Part shown: piece by piece, positions 26,150 through 35,691 of the stretch
Numbering within the stretch: position 1 is the first letter of the stretch
How the letters are laid out: every line of letters begins with the position of its first letter
Assembly: GCA_963735115.1 (NCBI GenBank)
Contig: CAVTJR010000001.1
Location: 401,958-465,957, forward strand
Source of the DNA: an uncultured Actinomycetota bacterium
GTDB lineage: Bacteria > Actinomycetota > Acidimicrobiia > Acidimicrobiales > Bog-793
Direction of reading: 5' to 3'
Length of the DNA stretch: 64,000 nucleotides
The notes under the pieces: generated by a model
The model's input: the letters and a program-made list of their open reading frames with translations, nothing else
Databases searched by the model: none
What the model was told of the DNA's origin: nothing
Translations under genes and position numbers: made by a program

Positions 26150-26409
26150 GGATCGGGGTCAGAGAGCTTCGCCAGCATGCCAGTCGCTACCTTGCCCGGG
26201 TTGCGACGGGAGAGACGATTGAGGTGACCGACCGAGGCCGGCCGGTCGCGCTGCTCGTTCCCACCCACGAAGACCGGTGGCAGGACCTGGTGGCCAGCGG
26301 TCAGGTTCTCGCCGCGACCGGTGAGGGCCATGTGGTCGACGACGCACCAAGCGACTACGGTATCGACGCCTCCGCGCGACTGGCGGCGATGCGCGCGGAG
26401 GAACGATGA
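26143..26409 (+). CDS. Phd/YefM-type antitoxin
   Basis: MERIGVRELRQHASRYLARVATGETIEVTDRGRPVALLVP. It is a paralogue of the gene at 20205-20468. Confidence 0.8.
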   Translation: MERIGVRELRQHASRYLARVATGETIEVTDRGRPVALLVPTHEDRWQDLVASGQVLAATGEGHVVDDAPSDYGIDASARLAAMRAEER

Positions 26410-26804
26410 GGCTCTACCTCGACTCGTCCGCGTTGGTGAAGCTCGTCCAGCGAGAGAAGGAGTCGGACGCTTTGCGACGGTTCCTCCGCCGTCACCGTGC
26501 CGACCAGCTCGTGACGAGCGCACTCGCGCGAGTCGAGGTGGTGAGAGCGGTCCTCATCGGGGGCCCTGCCGCTCTCGCGCAGGCGCGTCGACAGCTCTCC
26601 CGCCTCGACCAGATCCTGCTGAGCACCGAAGTGCTCGACCGCGCCGCGACGTTAGCCCCGAACGTCCAATTGCGAAGTCTCGATGCGATCCATCTTGCAG
26701 CCGCGCAGCTCGTCGGAGGGGACCTGCGAGCTGTCGTCACCTACGACCGTCGGATGGCGAACGCCGCCCAGGATCTTGGCTTTGCGGTCGAGAGGCCAGG
26801 CTGA
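26406..26804 (+). CDS. PIN-domain toxin (VapC-like)
   Basis: MRLYLDSSALVKL...TSALARVE...LRSLDAIHLAAAQLVG...VVTYDRRM. It overlaps the antitoxin stop by 4 nt. Confidence 0.85.
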   Translation: MRLYLDSSALVKLVQREKESDALRRFLRRHRADQLVTSALARVEVVRAVLIGGPAALAQARRQLSRLDQILLSTEVLDRAATLAPNVQLRSLDAIHLAAAQLVGGDLRAVVTYDRRMANAAQDLGFAVERPG

Positions 26805-27074
26805 ACCAACCGGCATGAGGCCGACTTGAGCCGCCTCCGTTCCGGCCGAACCACGGTCACCCTGTTCTTCTCCTCTCTCGCCGGTCCAACCCAGCACGAT
26901 CCGGCGGCTGAAGGCGGGCGGCCGGATCGGTGAGTGATCCCGCCGACAGCGCAGGACCACAGGCTGCGATGACATGGCGCCACTCTGTGGCCGTCGGTTC
27001 GATCAACAACGACGGCCACGGCAACGTCGTCGCCACCACGAGCGCCACGAGCACGACGGCGACGCGGAGCAGGA

Positions 27075-27281
27075 TCAGCAAGAACAAGGGGGAACGCTCT
27101 TGCCAACGTGACCGGCTGTGCGCTGCCGGATGAACCGGGTCTGAGCGAGCGCATACTCGAGGCACTCCGCCACGACGTCGCAGCGCCAACACAATGCCTT
27201 CGCCTGAGTCGTCGAGTCGCCTCTCTCGGCGACGCTTGCCTGAGCAGTGGCTCGTCCTGCCTGCGATGAGCACGTGTTCAT
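27075..27281 (-). CDS. WhiB-like (Wbl) protein, atypical C-terminus
   Basis: Cys pattern C-X26-C-X2-C-X5-C (TCSS...LCWRCDVVAECLEYAL) matches the Wbl Fe-S cluster motif. The usual G[VI]WGG turn is absent. Confidence 0.35.
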   Translation of the reverse strand: MNTCSSQAGRATAQASVAERGDSTTQAKALCWRCDVVAECLEYALAQTRFIRQRTAGHVGKSVPPCSC

Positions 27282-27312
27282 ATCCCACGCTGCCGCGTGC
27301 CGGCAGGAGAGA

Positions 27313-28383
27313 ATGGCCGACATGGACGGTCATCTGATCCTGGTGGACGGCTCCGAGCGCGACGTCACCGCGGAGAACGTCAAAAGCCTGCTTGATTCCT
27401 CAGCCCGCTTTTGGCTGGACTTGGCCGGCCTTGACCAAGAAACCGGAACGGGGTTGCTGCGCGACACCTTCGGGTTTCACCCCCTCGCGGTCGAAGATGC
27501 CGAGCATTTCGGGCAACGCCCAAAGCTCGACTCTTACGATGGGTTCGCACTGCTCGTCGTGTACGGCGCCACGCCGACCGGGCAACTGCTAGAAGTCCAC
27601 TGCTTCTACGCCGAGAACTATCTGGTCACCGTCCACCACGACCCGTGCCTGGACCTGATCGCCCTGGCCGACCGACTGCGACGGCAAGCCGGTCCTCAGC
27701 CGGACCACGTCATGCTTCTCTACCGGGTGGTCGACGCCCTGGTGGACGGCTACTTTCCCGTGCTCGCCAGTCTCGACGACCGGATCGACGAACTGGAAGA
27801 CGAAATCCTCCAGCGACCGACAGAGCAGCAGCTCGGCCAGCTGTTCGACCTGAAGCGGTCCCTGATCGCGCTGCGCAAGGTGGTGACCCCCCAGCGGGAC
27901 ATGTTTGCCACACTGCTGACCGGCGCAGACCTGTTACCGGGTATGACGCCGGACGCCGAGCGCTACTTCCGTGACCTGTACGACCACCTCATTCGGATCA
28001 GCGACCTCGTCGACAGCTACCGCGATCTGACGAGCGGCGCTCTCGACACTCACCTGTCCACAGTCTCCAACCGACTGAACGTGGTCATGAAGCAGCTCAC
28101 CATCATCGCCACCATCTTCCTGCCGATGAGCTTCTTGACCGGGTTCTTCGGCCAGAACTTCACGTGGATGGTCAACCGGCTGAGCTCCGTGCTGGTTTTT
28201 CTTGTGGTTGGCATCGGCTTGCAGCTTGTCACCGCAGCCGCACTGGTCGTCATGTTCCGCCGCCGCGGCTGGCTGACCTCGGACGGCACCGTGCCACCCG
28301 CCACCCCGGCGGACCGACCCCGGGTGGGACACGACCAACGCTGGTACTTGCTCCACCCGCCGAAACGGTCGAATGCGCCCTAG
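27313..28383 (+). CDS. corA: CorA-family divalent cation transporter
   Basis: Cytoplasmic funnel domain plus two C-terminal TM helices. The signature loop is FLPMSFLTGFFGQNF, a GMN-type motif present as GQN. Confidence 0.8.
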   Translation: MADMDGHLILVDGSERDVTAENVKSLLDSSARFWLDLAGLDQETGTGLLRDTFGFHPLAVEDAEHFGQRPKLDSYDGFALLVVYGATPTGQLLEVHCFYAENYLVTVHHDPCLDLIALADRLRRQAGPQPDHVMLLYRVVDALVDGYFPVLASLDDRIDELEDEILQRPTEQQLGQLFDLKRSLIALRKVVTPQRDMFATLLTGADLLPGMTPDAERYFRDLYDHLIRISDLVDSYRDLTSGALDTHLSTVSNRLNVVMKQLTIIATIFLPMSFLTGFFGQNFTWMVNRLSSVLVFLVVGIGLQLVTAAALVVMFRRRGWLTSDGTVPPATPADRPRVGHDQRWYLLHPPKRSNAP

Positions 28384-28533
28384 CGCCACCCCCACGCCTC
28401 GCACTTGGGGGAGTGTTCGGCTCGAGGAGGGACGCATGTGCTCAATGATCCAGCGTACTGGCCGCCGCTCTTGCCGTTCGGCGCCGCTCTATTACCCCTC
28501 GCCGGCTGAGCAAGCGGATTCCACCTGAATTTC

Positions 28534-28580
28534 AACGGTGGGCCCGGCAGGGATCGAACCTGCGACCGAAGGATTATGAG
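28534..28580 (-). repeat. att copy B: 47-bp copy of a tRNA-Met 3' half
   Basis: Identical to 25864-25910. It differs from the intact tRNA at 44697-44769 only by a compensatory T-stem pair change and the trailer. Confidence 0.9.
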
Positions 28581-28598
28581 TGCCGTGGGGGCCATTTC

Positions 28599-28717
28599 GG
28601 TCACCAGCAGATTTTGACGTAAGTCCAGGTCACAGGCCATTTCTGAGTGACCGGTAGTGACCCCTAGAACCCCTCTGTGACCCACCGTTGGGTCACGTTT
28701 GGGTCACGCCGGGTCAC
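28599..28717. repeat. cluster of 8 GGTCAC/GTGACC motifs (candidate integrase arm-type sites)
   Basis: ...TCGGTCACC..CAGGTCACAGG..GAGTGACCGG..TAGTGACCCC..CTGTGACCCA..TTGGGTCACGTTTGGGTCACGCCGGGTCACGCG. The tandem TTGGGTCACGtTTGGGTCACGCC recurs at 44615-44637. Confidence 0.6.
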
Positions 28718-28794
28718 GCGGATGGTGTCCTCCTAGCCGTTGACAGCGCTGATGGCGTCACTCGCACTCTCCGAGCCCAGCTGGAAATGCTCGA

Positions 28795-29070
28795 TCATCT
28801 CCGGTACGCGTCACGCCGGTGGCGAATGGCGGCGACTTGAACCTCGCGGGCGTTGTCGTCGATGAGGTAGAGCACCCGATAGCTCCCCCTCCTCGCCGAC
28901 CAGGCGGGCGCGAGCGGAGGCGCTAGCGGCTTTCCAACCCGATGCGGGTTGTCCAGCAGAGGCCCGGTGATGAACGCGTAGACCGCCACGGCCACCGTCT
29001 CGGGCAATACCTCAGCAAGCGCTCGTGCGGCCGGCCGGGCGATCCGTAGCCGGTAGGGCTCGCCGCTCAC
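28795..29070 (-). CDS. RelE/ParE-family toxin
   Basis: 91 aa, ...RRGSYRVLYLIDDNAREVQVAAIRHRRDAY. It overlaps the upstream antitoxin stop. Confidence 0.8.
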   Translation of the reverse strand: MSGEPYRLRIARPAARALAEVLPETVAVAVYAFITGPLLDNPHRVGKPLAPPLAPAWSARRGSYRVLYLIDDNAREVQVAAIRHRRDAYRR

Positions 29071-29357
29071 TCAGCGGCGGGAAGACGGCCGGCGGCTCTC
29101 ATGACAGAGGTGAGTTCGTCTCTGTCGAGGCTGTCACTCTGGTTCAACGACTCGACACCCACTAGATGGTCACGTAGGAGATCGGCGTCGGCGAGCACGG
29201 CGATCGTCTCGCGTAGGGCGTCGTAGTCGTCGGCGCCGAGGAGCACGGCGACCCTCTGACCGTTCCGAGTGATCTCGAACCTCTCGTGGGTCGATGAGGC
29301 TTCCTCGACCAGCCTCGACAGCTGGGCCCGAGCCTCCGCTACGGGTAAGGTCGTCAT
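29067..29357 (-). CDS. Phd/YefM-family antitoxin
   Basis: MTTLPVAEARAQLSRLVEEASSTHERFEITRNGQRVAVLLGADDYDALRETIAVL. Confidence 0.85.
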   Translation of the reverse strand: MTTLPVAEARAQLSRLVEEASSTHERFEITRNGQRVAVLLGADDYDALRETIAVLADADLLRDHLVGVESLNQSDSLDRDELTSVMRAAGRLPAAE

Positions 29358-29502
29358 GTACAGAATTATAGCGCATCAGAGCTGACCACTGGCTGCTGAG
29401 CCCAGCCAAGACATGCGCAGCGAACAGCTAAACCGGCACTTCGGAATTGGCGGGGGCATGACGATCCACCAGCTCGCCTGAGCCCGCTGCCAGCGTTGGG
29501 CG

Positions 29503-30046
29503 ATGTCCGCCACACGCAAGCTCCCGGCCCGACTTGAGACCGACCCGGCGAAGGCTCTCGAGCTCCTCGTCGGACTGCCGGAGGTGAACGTGCTCGGCAT
29601 CTTCGTCGACAAGGCCCACACCGAGCTGCATGTCGAGACGCGAACCGAGACGGCGGGCTGTCCCGAGTGCGGTGTCGTGGCGAGGTTCAAGGGCTTCCGC
29701 GAGGTACTCCTCACCGACCTGCCTGCCTTCGCCAAGCCGACGAGGCTGCACTGGCACAAGCGGCGCTTCTCCTGTGTGGAGGCTGCCTGCCCAAAGGGGC
29801 ACGTCACCGAGGAGGATCGGCGCATCGCACCACCGCGCATGAAGCTCACCGACAGAGCCGGACGTGCCGCCACCAAGGAGGTGGGGTTCCACGGCCGCAC
29901 GGTCAACGAGGTGGCGACGAGCTTCGGCTGCGACTGGCACACCCTCAACGACGCCGTCATGGCATATGGGCGAGCACTCGTCGATGCGCCCGGCCGCTTC
30001 GGCGAAGTGGAGGCGATCGGTCTCGACGAGGTCGCCTTCGTACGGG
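29503..30046 (+). pseudogene. ISL3-family transposase, 5' fragment (split by IS21 insertion)
   Basis: zf-ISL3-like CPECG and ...KRRFSCVEAACP... The reading frame continues exactly at 36323 once one TACGGG copy is removed (..EVAFVR|AAPYGVTQFSTSIVDV..). Confidence 0.8.
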
Positions 30047-30052
30047 TGTCGA

Positions 30053-30148
30053 CCGTCACGTAATTCCCTCGCTTCTTCGATTCTCCGTCACGTAATTCCC
30101 TCGCTCGCCGTCACGTAATTCCCTGACGCCCCCGTCACGGAATTCCCT
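30053..30148 (+). repeat. IS21 left-end multiple terminal repeats (4 copies of CCGTCACG[TG]AATTCCCT)
   Basis: Copies at 30053, 30085, 30108 and 30132. Two inverted copies lie at the right end (36270-36286, 36294-36310). Multiple subterminal repeats are typical of IS21 ends. Confidence 0.85.
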
Positions 30149-30225
30149 CTGGCGGCGAGGGGACATCCACTCCTCCGGCGGCTGTCCGACCGAGGATTCC
30201 TCCCGTCGAGAGATCGGGAGGGGAG

Positions 30226-31788
30226 ATGGCAAGGAGAACGATGAAAGTGATCGACATCGTCGAGGTCCTCACGCACTGGCATGCCGGGCGGAGGATGGGC
30301 GAGCTCTGCTCGTCGCTCGGCATCGACCCGAAGACCGTGAGGAAGTACACCGCACCGGCCATGGCGGCGGGCATCTCGCCCGGCGGCCCGCCGCTGTCGC
30401 CAGACGAGTGGTCGCAGCTGGCGCGGGGCTGGTTCCCCGAGCTCACCGACGACTCGTCCCGCCAGACGACCTGGCCCGAGATCGAAGGACACGCCGAGCT
30501 GATCAAGTCCTGGCTCGGGCTCGTGACGATCTCGACCATCCATCAACGGCTCCGGGACGATCACGGCCTTGTCGCCTCGGAGTCCTCACTGCGGCGCTAC
30601 CTCGAGGCGAACATGCCCGAGGAGGTGAGACGCGCCCAGGTGACGGTGCTGAGAGAGACGCCTCCGCCCGGCGAAGAGGCACAGGTGGATTACGGCCTGC
30701 TCGGCCGCTGGGTCGACCCGGCCACGGGCAAGGTGCGCCGGGTGTGGGGTTTCATCATGGTGCTCGCCTTCAGCCGCCTCATGTTCGTGCGCCCGGTGCT
30801 GAAGATGGACTCCCGCAACTGGGTCGAGTGCCACGTCGCCGCCTTCGAGTTCCTCGGCGTCGCCCGCCGGATCGTGCCCGACAACCTGAAGACCGGAGTC
30901 GTCAAGCCTGATCTCTACGACCCGCTCATCAACAAGGCCTTCTCCGAGATGGCCGCCCACTACGACTGCCTCATCGACCCCGCCAGGGCTTTGAAGCCGA
31001 AGGACAAGGCACGCGTCGAGCGGCCGGTGCCCTATGTGCGGGACTCGTTCTTCGCCGGGCGATCCGCCGAGTTCGCCGACCTCGAGTCCATGCAGGCCGA
31101 TGCCCTTCGCTGGTGCCGGGCTGTCGGCAACCTGCGCCAGTGCCGGGGACTCGACCGGTTCTCGCCCCAGGCTGTCTACGACACCGAAGAGCGCGACGCC
31201 ATGACGGCCGTGCCCATGCTCCCCTTCGAGATCGCCTCCTGGTCGAAGGTCACGGTCAGGAACGACATCCACGTCAAGGTGGGAAAGGCCATCTACTCCA
31301 TGCCGTGGCGCCTCATCGGCCAACGCCTCGACGTCCGCGAGGGCTACCGGGTCGTCGAGGCCTATCTGGACGGCGTCCTCGTGAAGACCCATGCCCGCAT
31401 CGAGAAGGGCAAGCAGACCGACCCGGCGGACTATCCGCCCGAGAAGATCGCCTTCTCGATGCGATCCGCCGTCTGGTGCAAGAAGCGAGCCGAGGAGGCG
31501 GGCGCCAGTGTGGCGGCGGTGATCGCCGTGCTCTTCGAGGTGAACGCCCTCTACCGCCTCCGCCAGGCACAAGGGGTCATCCGCTTAGGCGAGCTGCACG
31601 GCAACGACCGCCTCGATGCCGCCTGTGCCCGCGCACTTGCCTTTGGTGACCCGAGCTACCGCACCATAAAGGGCATCCTTCGCGCCGGTCTCGAGAACGA
31701 CGGCGCCGATGCGCCACAGGTCCCGGAGGTGCCCGCCCACCTGCACGGGCCGCTCGCCCTGTTCGAGATCGAGGGGGCGGTGTCATGA
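30226..31788 (+). CDS. istA: IS21-family transposase IstA
   Basis: N-terminal HTH (IDIVEVLTHWHAGRRMGELCSSLGIDPKTVRKY), a DDE integrase core and typical length (520 aa). The stop overlaps the istB start. Confidence 0.9.
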   Translation: MARRTMKVIDIVEVLTHWHAGRRMGELCSSLGIDPKTVRKYTAPAMAAGISPGGPPLSPDEWSQLARGWFPELTDDSSRQTTWPEIEGHAELIKSWLGLVTISTIHQRLRDDHGLVASESSLRRYLEANMPEEVRRAQVTVLRETPPPGEEAQVDYGLLGRWVDPATGKVRRVWGFIMVLAFSRLMFVRPVLKMDSRNWVECHVAAFEFLGVARRIVPDNLKTGVVKPDLYDPLINKAFSEMAAHYDCLIDPARALKPKDKARVERPVPYVRDSFFAGRSAEFADLESMQADALRWCRAVGNLRQCRGLDRFSPQAVYDTEERDAMTAVPMLPFEIASWSKVTVRNDIHVKVGKAIYSMPWRLIGQRLDVREGYRVVEAYLDGVLVKTHARIEKGKQTDPADYPPEKIAFSMRSAVWCKKRAEEAGASVAAVIAVLFEVNALYRLRQAQGVIRLGELHGNDRLDAACARALAFGDPSYRTIKGILRAGLENDGADAPQVPEVPAHLHGPLALFEIEGAVS

Positions 31789-32288
31789 CGAGGCCGCACC
31801 AGATCGAAGAGAGCCTGAAGTCACTTCGCCTCTCGGGCATGCTCGAGACCCTCGATGCACGACTCGCCCAGGCCAAGGCGGGCGAACTCGGCCACCTCGA
31901 ACTCCTGCAGGTGCTCTGCGAGGACGAGATCGCACGGCGGGAAGCAGCCGGGCTCGCCAACCGCCTGGCCGCTGCCCGCTTCGAGAAGGCCTGCACCATC
32001 GAGGAGTTCGACTTCTCCTACAACACCAAGGTGCCGGTCGCCCAGATACGCGACCTCGCCACCCTCCGCTTTGTCGAATCGGGCGAGGGGGTGATCATCC
32101 ACGGGCCCGTCGGTGTCGGCAAGACCCACATCGCCCAGGCCCTCGGCCATGCCGCCTGTCGGCGGGGGCACCACGTCATCTTCACCAAGACCTCCCGCCT
32201 GCTCGCCGAGCTCGGCGGCGGCCATGCGGACCGGACTTGGGCCCAGCGCCTCCGGCGCCTCGCCAAGCCGGCTGTGCTGATCCTCGAC
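31785..32288 (+). pseudogene. istB: IS21 helper ATPase IstB, 5' fragment (split by RIT insertion)
   Basis: Walker A GPVGVGKTH. The frame ends at ..PAVLILD, where the RIT inverted repeat begins, and continues at 35692 (DFAMRDFT...). Confidence 0.85.
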
Positions 32289-32439
32289 TAATACCGAGGG
32301 CGAGATAACCCCGACGCGGGAGCGGCGACTCGCGGTCGGCGCTGCTCACGACACGTGGGCGGGCTGCGACACTCGGCATAATCCCACTCGGCCCTGAAGC
32401 CTTGTAGTTGGAGCGCTCTGCTCCGACAAAGGAGGAACG

Positions 32440-33651
32440 ATGGGCAAGGTTTCATGGACACGGGGCGATGGCCCCCTGGCGCCGTTCGCAGAGGGCTTCG
32501 AGTCGGAGCTCCGTCGGCTCGGCCACCCGCCGAGCGCCGCGAGGCATCACATGCACCTGATGGGCCAGCTGAACCGCTGGCTCACGGGCAAACACCTCGG
32601 TGTCGGCGATCTCAACCCCGTTGAGGCCGAGCTGTTCTTCTCATCACTCCGAGCCGCCGGCGTACAGCGAGTGCCGACGCTGGCCAGCTTGGTACCTCTG
32701 TTCGCTTTCCTCAGGCAACAGTGTGCAATTGCGCCGGTGGCGGCCCCAACACGGACACCACGGACGGAACTACTCGATCGCTATCGCCACCACTTGGTCA
32801 ACGACCGTGGCCTGACGCCGGTCACCGTGCGGCGCTACGACACCTTCGCCAGACGCTTCCTCGCGAACAGGGCAGCCGCGCGGGGTGCCGGGATCGGCAC
32901 CGAAGGGCTGTCAATCGCAGAGATCAACGGCTACCTGCTTGACACCTGCTCTCGGTTAGTCGTCGAATCGGCCAAGCGGGAAGCGGCTGACCTGCGTTCG
33001 CTGCTCCGCTTCCTGTACCTAGAGGGGCTCATTGAGACAGACCTCGGGCTCGCCATGGCGCCCGTGGCCACCTGGCGGGGTACCCGTCTGGTACCGACGC
33101 TGAGCGCTGCTGATGTCTCAGCGGTTCTGGCTTCCTGTGATCGTTCGACCGTGAGCGGCCGTCGTGACTACGCGATCTTGATTCTCCTGGCCAGGCTGGG
33201 GCTCCGCTCCGGAGAGGTGGCCGCATTGAGGCTCGCTGACGTTGACTGGCGCGCCGGTCAGCTGCTCGTGCGAGGAAAGGCACGGCGCCAGGATGTGCTC
33301 CCGCTGCCGGTCGAGGTAGGAGAGGCACTGGTGGCCTACTTGGAAGCCGGCCGCCCGTCGTCTCAGTACCCAGAGGTCATACTCACGCTCTACGCACCGC
33401 CGCGCCCGATCCGACCATCCTCGATCACCAACGTCGTCTACCACGCCAGCCAACGAGCTGGGCTCGCTCGCGTTGGTGGGCACCGCCTCCGTCATGCGCT
33501 CGCCAGCGAAATGCTGCGCCAGGGTGGGAACCTGATCGAGATCGCCCAGGCTCTTCGGCAGTCGGATCTCGCCACGACCTCGGGATACGCCAAGGTCGAC
33601 CGCGAAGCCCTGCGGGCGGTCGCTCAGCCGTGGCCGGGAGAAGGCCGATGA
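32440..33651 (+). CDS. tyrosine recombinase, RIT subunit A-like
   Basis: 403 aa. Catalytic region ...GLRSGEVAALRL...HRLRHALASEMLRQGGNLIEIAQALRQSDLATTSGYAKV. Confidence 0.85.
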   Translation: MGKVSWTRGDGPLAPFAEGFESELRRLGHPPSAARHHMHLMGQLNRWLTGKHLGVGDLNPVEAELFFSSLRAAGVQRVPTLASLVPLFAFLRQQCAIAPVAAPTRTPRTELLDRYRHHLVNDRGLTPVTVRRYDTFARRFLANRAAARGAGIGTEGLSIAEINGYLLDTCSRLVVESAKREAADLRSLLRFLYLEGLIETDLGLAMAPVATWRGTRLVPTLSAADVSAVLASCDRSTVSGRRDYAILILLARLGLRSGEVAALRLADVDWRAGQLLVRGKARRQDVLPLPVEVGEALVAYLEAGRPSSQYPEVILTLYAPPRPIRPSSITNVVYHASQRAGLARVGGHRLRHALASEMLRQGGNLIEIAQALRQSDLATTSGYAKVDREALRAVAQPWPGEGR

Positions 33652-34568
33652 CCGAGTTCGCCGTGAGAGCACAGGAATACCTGCGCCTGCGCCGATCGCT
33701 CGGGCACGAACTCGATGACGCCGTTCGCCTCCTTCCCCGCTTCGTCGCCCACCTGGAAGCGATAGGCGCTCCGGCGATCACGACTGAGATCGGGCTCCAG
33801 TGGGCACAGCGCCCTGACGCCGATCCCGCCAGTTCGATCTGGCTGCGACGCATGACGGTTGTCCGAGGCTTCGCCCACTACATGTCGGGCATCGACCCGA
33901 GGACCGAGGTGCCGCCACTCGGGCTGGTGACCTTCCGCCCGCGCTGGCGGCCGCCGTTCATCTACTCCGAGGACGACGTCGTAGCGCTGATGAACGAAGT
34001 CCCACGAGTCGTCCCAACGCCCTTTCGGGCTCTCACGCTCCAAACAATGATCGGCTTGCTGGCTGCGACCGGCATGCGGATCGGCGAGGCCATCGGCTTG
34101 TCGCGGTCCGACGTCGATTGGTCCGACGGCGTCGTGATCGTGCGGGAATCGAAGTTCAACAAGTCAAGAGAGATACCACTGGCCCCGAGCTCGGTAGCCG
34201 CGCTCCGGGTTTACGCCGAGGTGCGTGACGGGAACGTGCCCGAGCCCGGGAGTCCAGCCTTTTTCATCTCGGGTCGCGGAACTCCCGTCATATATGGGGT
34301 CTTCGGCGACATCTTCCGCCGGCTGCTGGCGGCCTCGCGAGTCGGCGAGGACTCGCCGGTTCGGCCGCGGGTTCATGATCTGCGACATTCTTTCGCTGTC
34401 CACACCCTCGTCCGATGGTATCGAGCAGGAGAAGATGTCGGCGCTCTCCTGCCACGACTCTCCACCTACATGGGGCACATCGAGGTGCGGTACACCTATT
34501 GGTACCTCTCGGCTGCCCCGGAGCTGTTGGCTCTAGCGGCCGACCGCCTTGAAAGGGGCGAGAGATGA
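33648..34568 (+). CDS. tyrosine recombinase, RIT subunit B-like
   Basis: ATGA overlap with the upstream gene. GMRIGEAIGL...VHDLRHSFAVHTL...LSTYMGHIEVRYTYWYL. Confidence 0.85.
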   Translation: MTEFAVRAQEYLRLRRSLGHELDDAVRLLPRFVAHLEAIGAPAITTEIGLQWAQRPDADPASSIWLRRMTVVRGFAHYMSGIDPRTEVPPLGLVTFRPRWRPPFIYSEDDVVALMNEVPRVVPTPFRALTLQTMIGLLAATGMRIGEAIGLSRSDVDWSDGVVIVRESKFNKSREIPLAPSSVAALRVYAEVRDGNVPEPGSPAFFISGRGTPVIYGVFGDIFRRLLAASRVGEDSPVRPRVHDLRHSFAVHTLVRWYRAGEDVGALLPRLSTYMGHIEVRYTYWYLSAAPELLALAADRLERGER

Positions 34569-35554
34569 GTTCGGTCGCGCCCACCATGCAGATGTTCTTC
34601 ACCGATCGACTCGCCAAGCAGCGCCAGGTGAGCCCAGCCACTGTGAAGTCCTATCGGAACACCTTCGTGCTCCTGCTGCGCTTTGTGCACGGCCAGACGG
34701 GAAAGGCGCCGTCCACGCTCGACTGGTCGGACCTCGGGGCGGGTGTCATCTCGGACTTCTTGGACCATCTCGAGCACGACAGGCACAACAGCGCCCGCAG
34801 TCGGAACACTCGCCTTGCCGCAGTGCGATCGCTGTTCCGGTATGCGGCACTTCGACATCCCGAGCACGCACACCTGATCCAGCAGGTGCTTGCCATACCG
34901 CAGAAGCGTTACGACCGGACACTGGTTCCCTTTCTGGAGCCGGGCGAGGTCGCCGCGTTGCTTGCCGCTCCGGACCGCAGCCGGTGGGAGGGTCGACGTG
35001 ACCATGCACTGATCTGCTTCGCCGTGCAGACCGGGCTGCGTCTCTCCGAGCTCACAGGCGCCAAGTGTGGCGACATCGAGCTAGGGACTGGGGCGCATGT
35101 GCGCTGCATCGGAAAGGGGCGTAAGGAACGCTGTGTCCCGCTGACTTCAGACACCATCGCCGTCCTGCAGGTCTGGCTACAGGAGCGGGGCGGGCTTCGC
35201 GACGAACCGCTATTCCCGACTCGAACGGGACGTCGCCTCAGCGACGACGCAGTTGAGGCTCGTCTCGGTGTCCACAAACAGACGGCCGCCCGCCTTCTCC
35301 CTTCGATTGGTGCGAAGAAGCTGACGCCGCACGTACTGCGCCACACCTGCGCCATGAACCTCCTTCGAAGCGGCGTCGAGGTCGTTGTCATCAGCCTCTG
35401 GCTTGGCCACGCAGATATCCGTTCCACCCATTGCTATTTGCACGCCGACATGAGCATCAAGGAACGGGCGTTGGCCCGAGCGGCGCCAACCTCATCGAAG
35501 CCGGGACGCTACAAGGCGCCGGACAAGTTGCTCGCCTTCTTGGAGAGTCTGTGA
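34565..35554 (+). CDS. tyrosine recombinase, RIT subunit C-like
   Basis: ATGA overlap. GLRLSELTGAKCGDI...PHVLRHTCAMNLLRSGVEVVVISLWLGHADIRSTHCYLH. Confidence 0.85.
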   Translation: MSSVAPTMQMFFTDRLAKQRQVSPATVKSYRNTFVLLLRFVHGQTGKAPSTLDWSDLGAGVISDFLDHLEHDRHNSARSRNTRLAAVRSLFRYAALRHPEHAHLIQQVLAIPQKRYDRTLVPFLEPGEVAALLAAPDRSRWEGRRDHALICFAVQTGLRLSELTGAKCGDIELGTGAHVRCIGKGRKERCVPLTSDTIAVLQVWLQERGGLRDEPLFPTRTGRRLSDDAVEARLGVHKQTAARLLPSIGAKKLTPHVLRHTCAMNLLRSGVEVVVISLWLGHADIRSTHCYLHADMSIKERALARAAPTSSKPGRYKAPDKLLAFLESL

Positions 35555-35691
35555 TAATCCCGACGGCTTAAGTGTCCCAGCACTGCCGGGCGCCACCGAG
35601 CACTCGGGGCCAGTAGGCCCAACCCTCCGACTATCGGGGTTATCCCGCCCTCGGTATTAGTCGAGTAAACCCGAAGTCGGCTTTACTCGAC

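Larger units (their letters stand above)
25911..28533. mobile_element. integrase-less islet 'E-mid' flanked by perfect 47-bp att repeats (CIME-like)
   Basis: Perfect direct repeats at both ends. Contents are module S, Phd/VapC, a Wbl-like gene, CorA and a short integrase 5' remnant next to copy B. Confidence 0.6.
32289..35659 (+). mobile_element. recombinase-in-trio (RIT) element
   Basis: Three consecutive tyrosine recombinase genes have ATGA overlaps. The 26-bp terminal IRs TAATACCGAGGGCG[A/G]GATAACCCCGA lie at 32289-32314 and 35634-35659 (inverted). The right boundary could extend to about 35685 (see findings). Confidence 0.8.

Noticed and set aside
30053-30148. Regularly spaced direct repeats CCGTCACGTAATTCCCT considered as a mini CRISPR array.
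   Set aside because: There are only 4 copies at 23-32 bp spacing. Inverted copies occur at the other end of an istA/istB unit and are flanked by a target duplication. These are IS21 terminal repeats.
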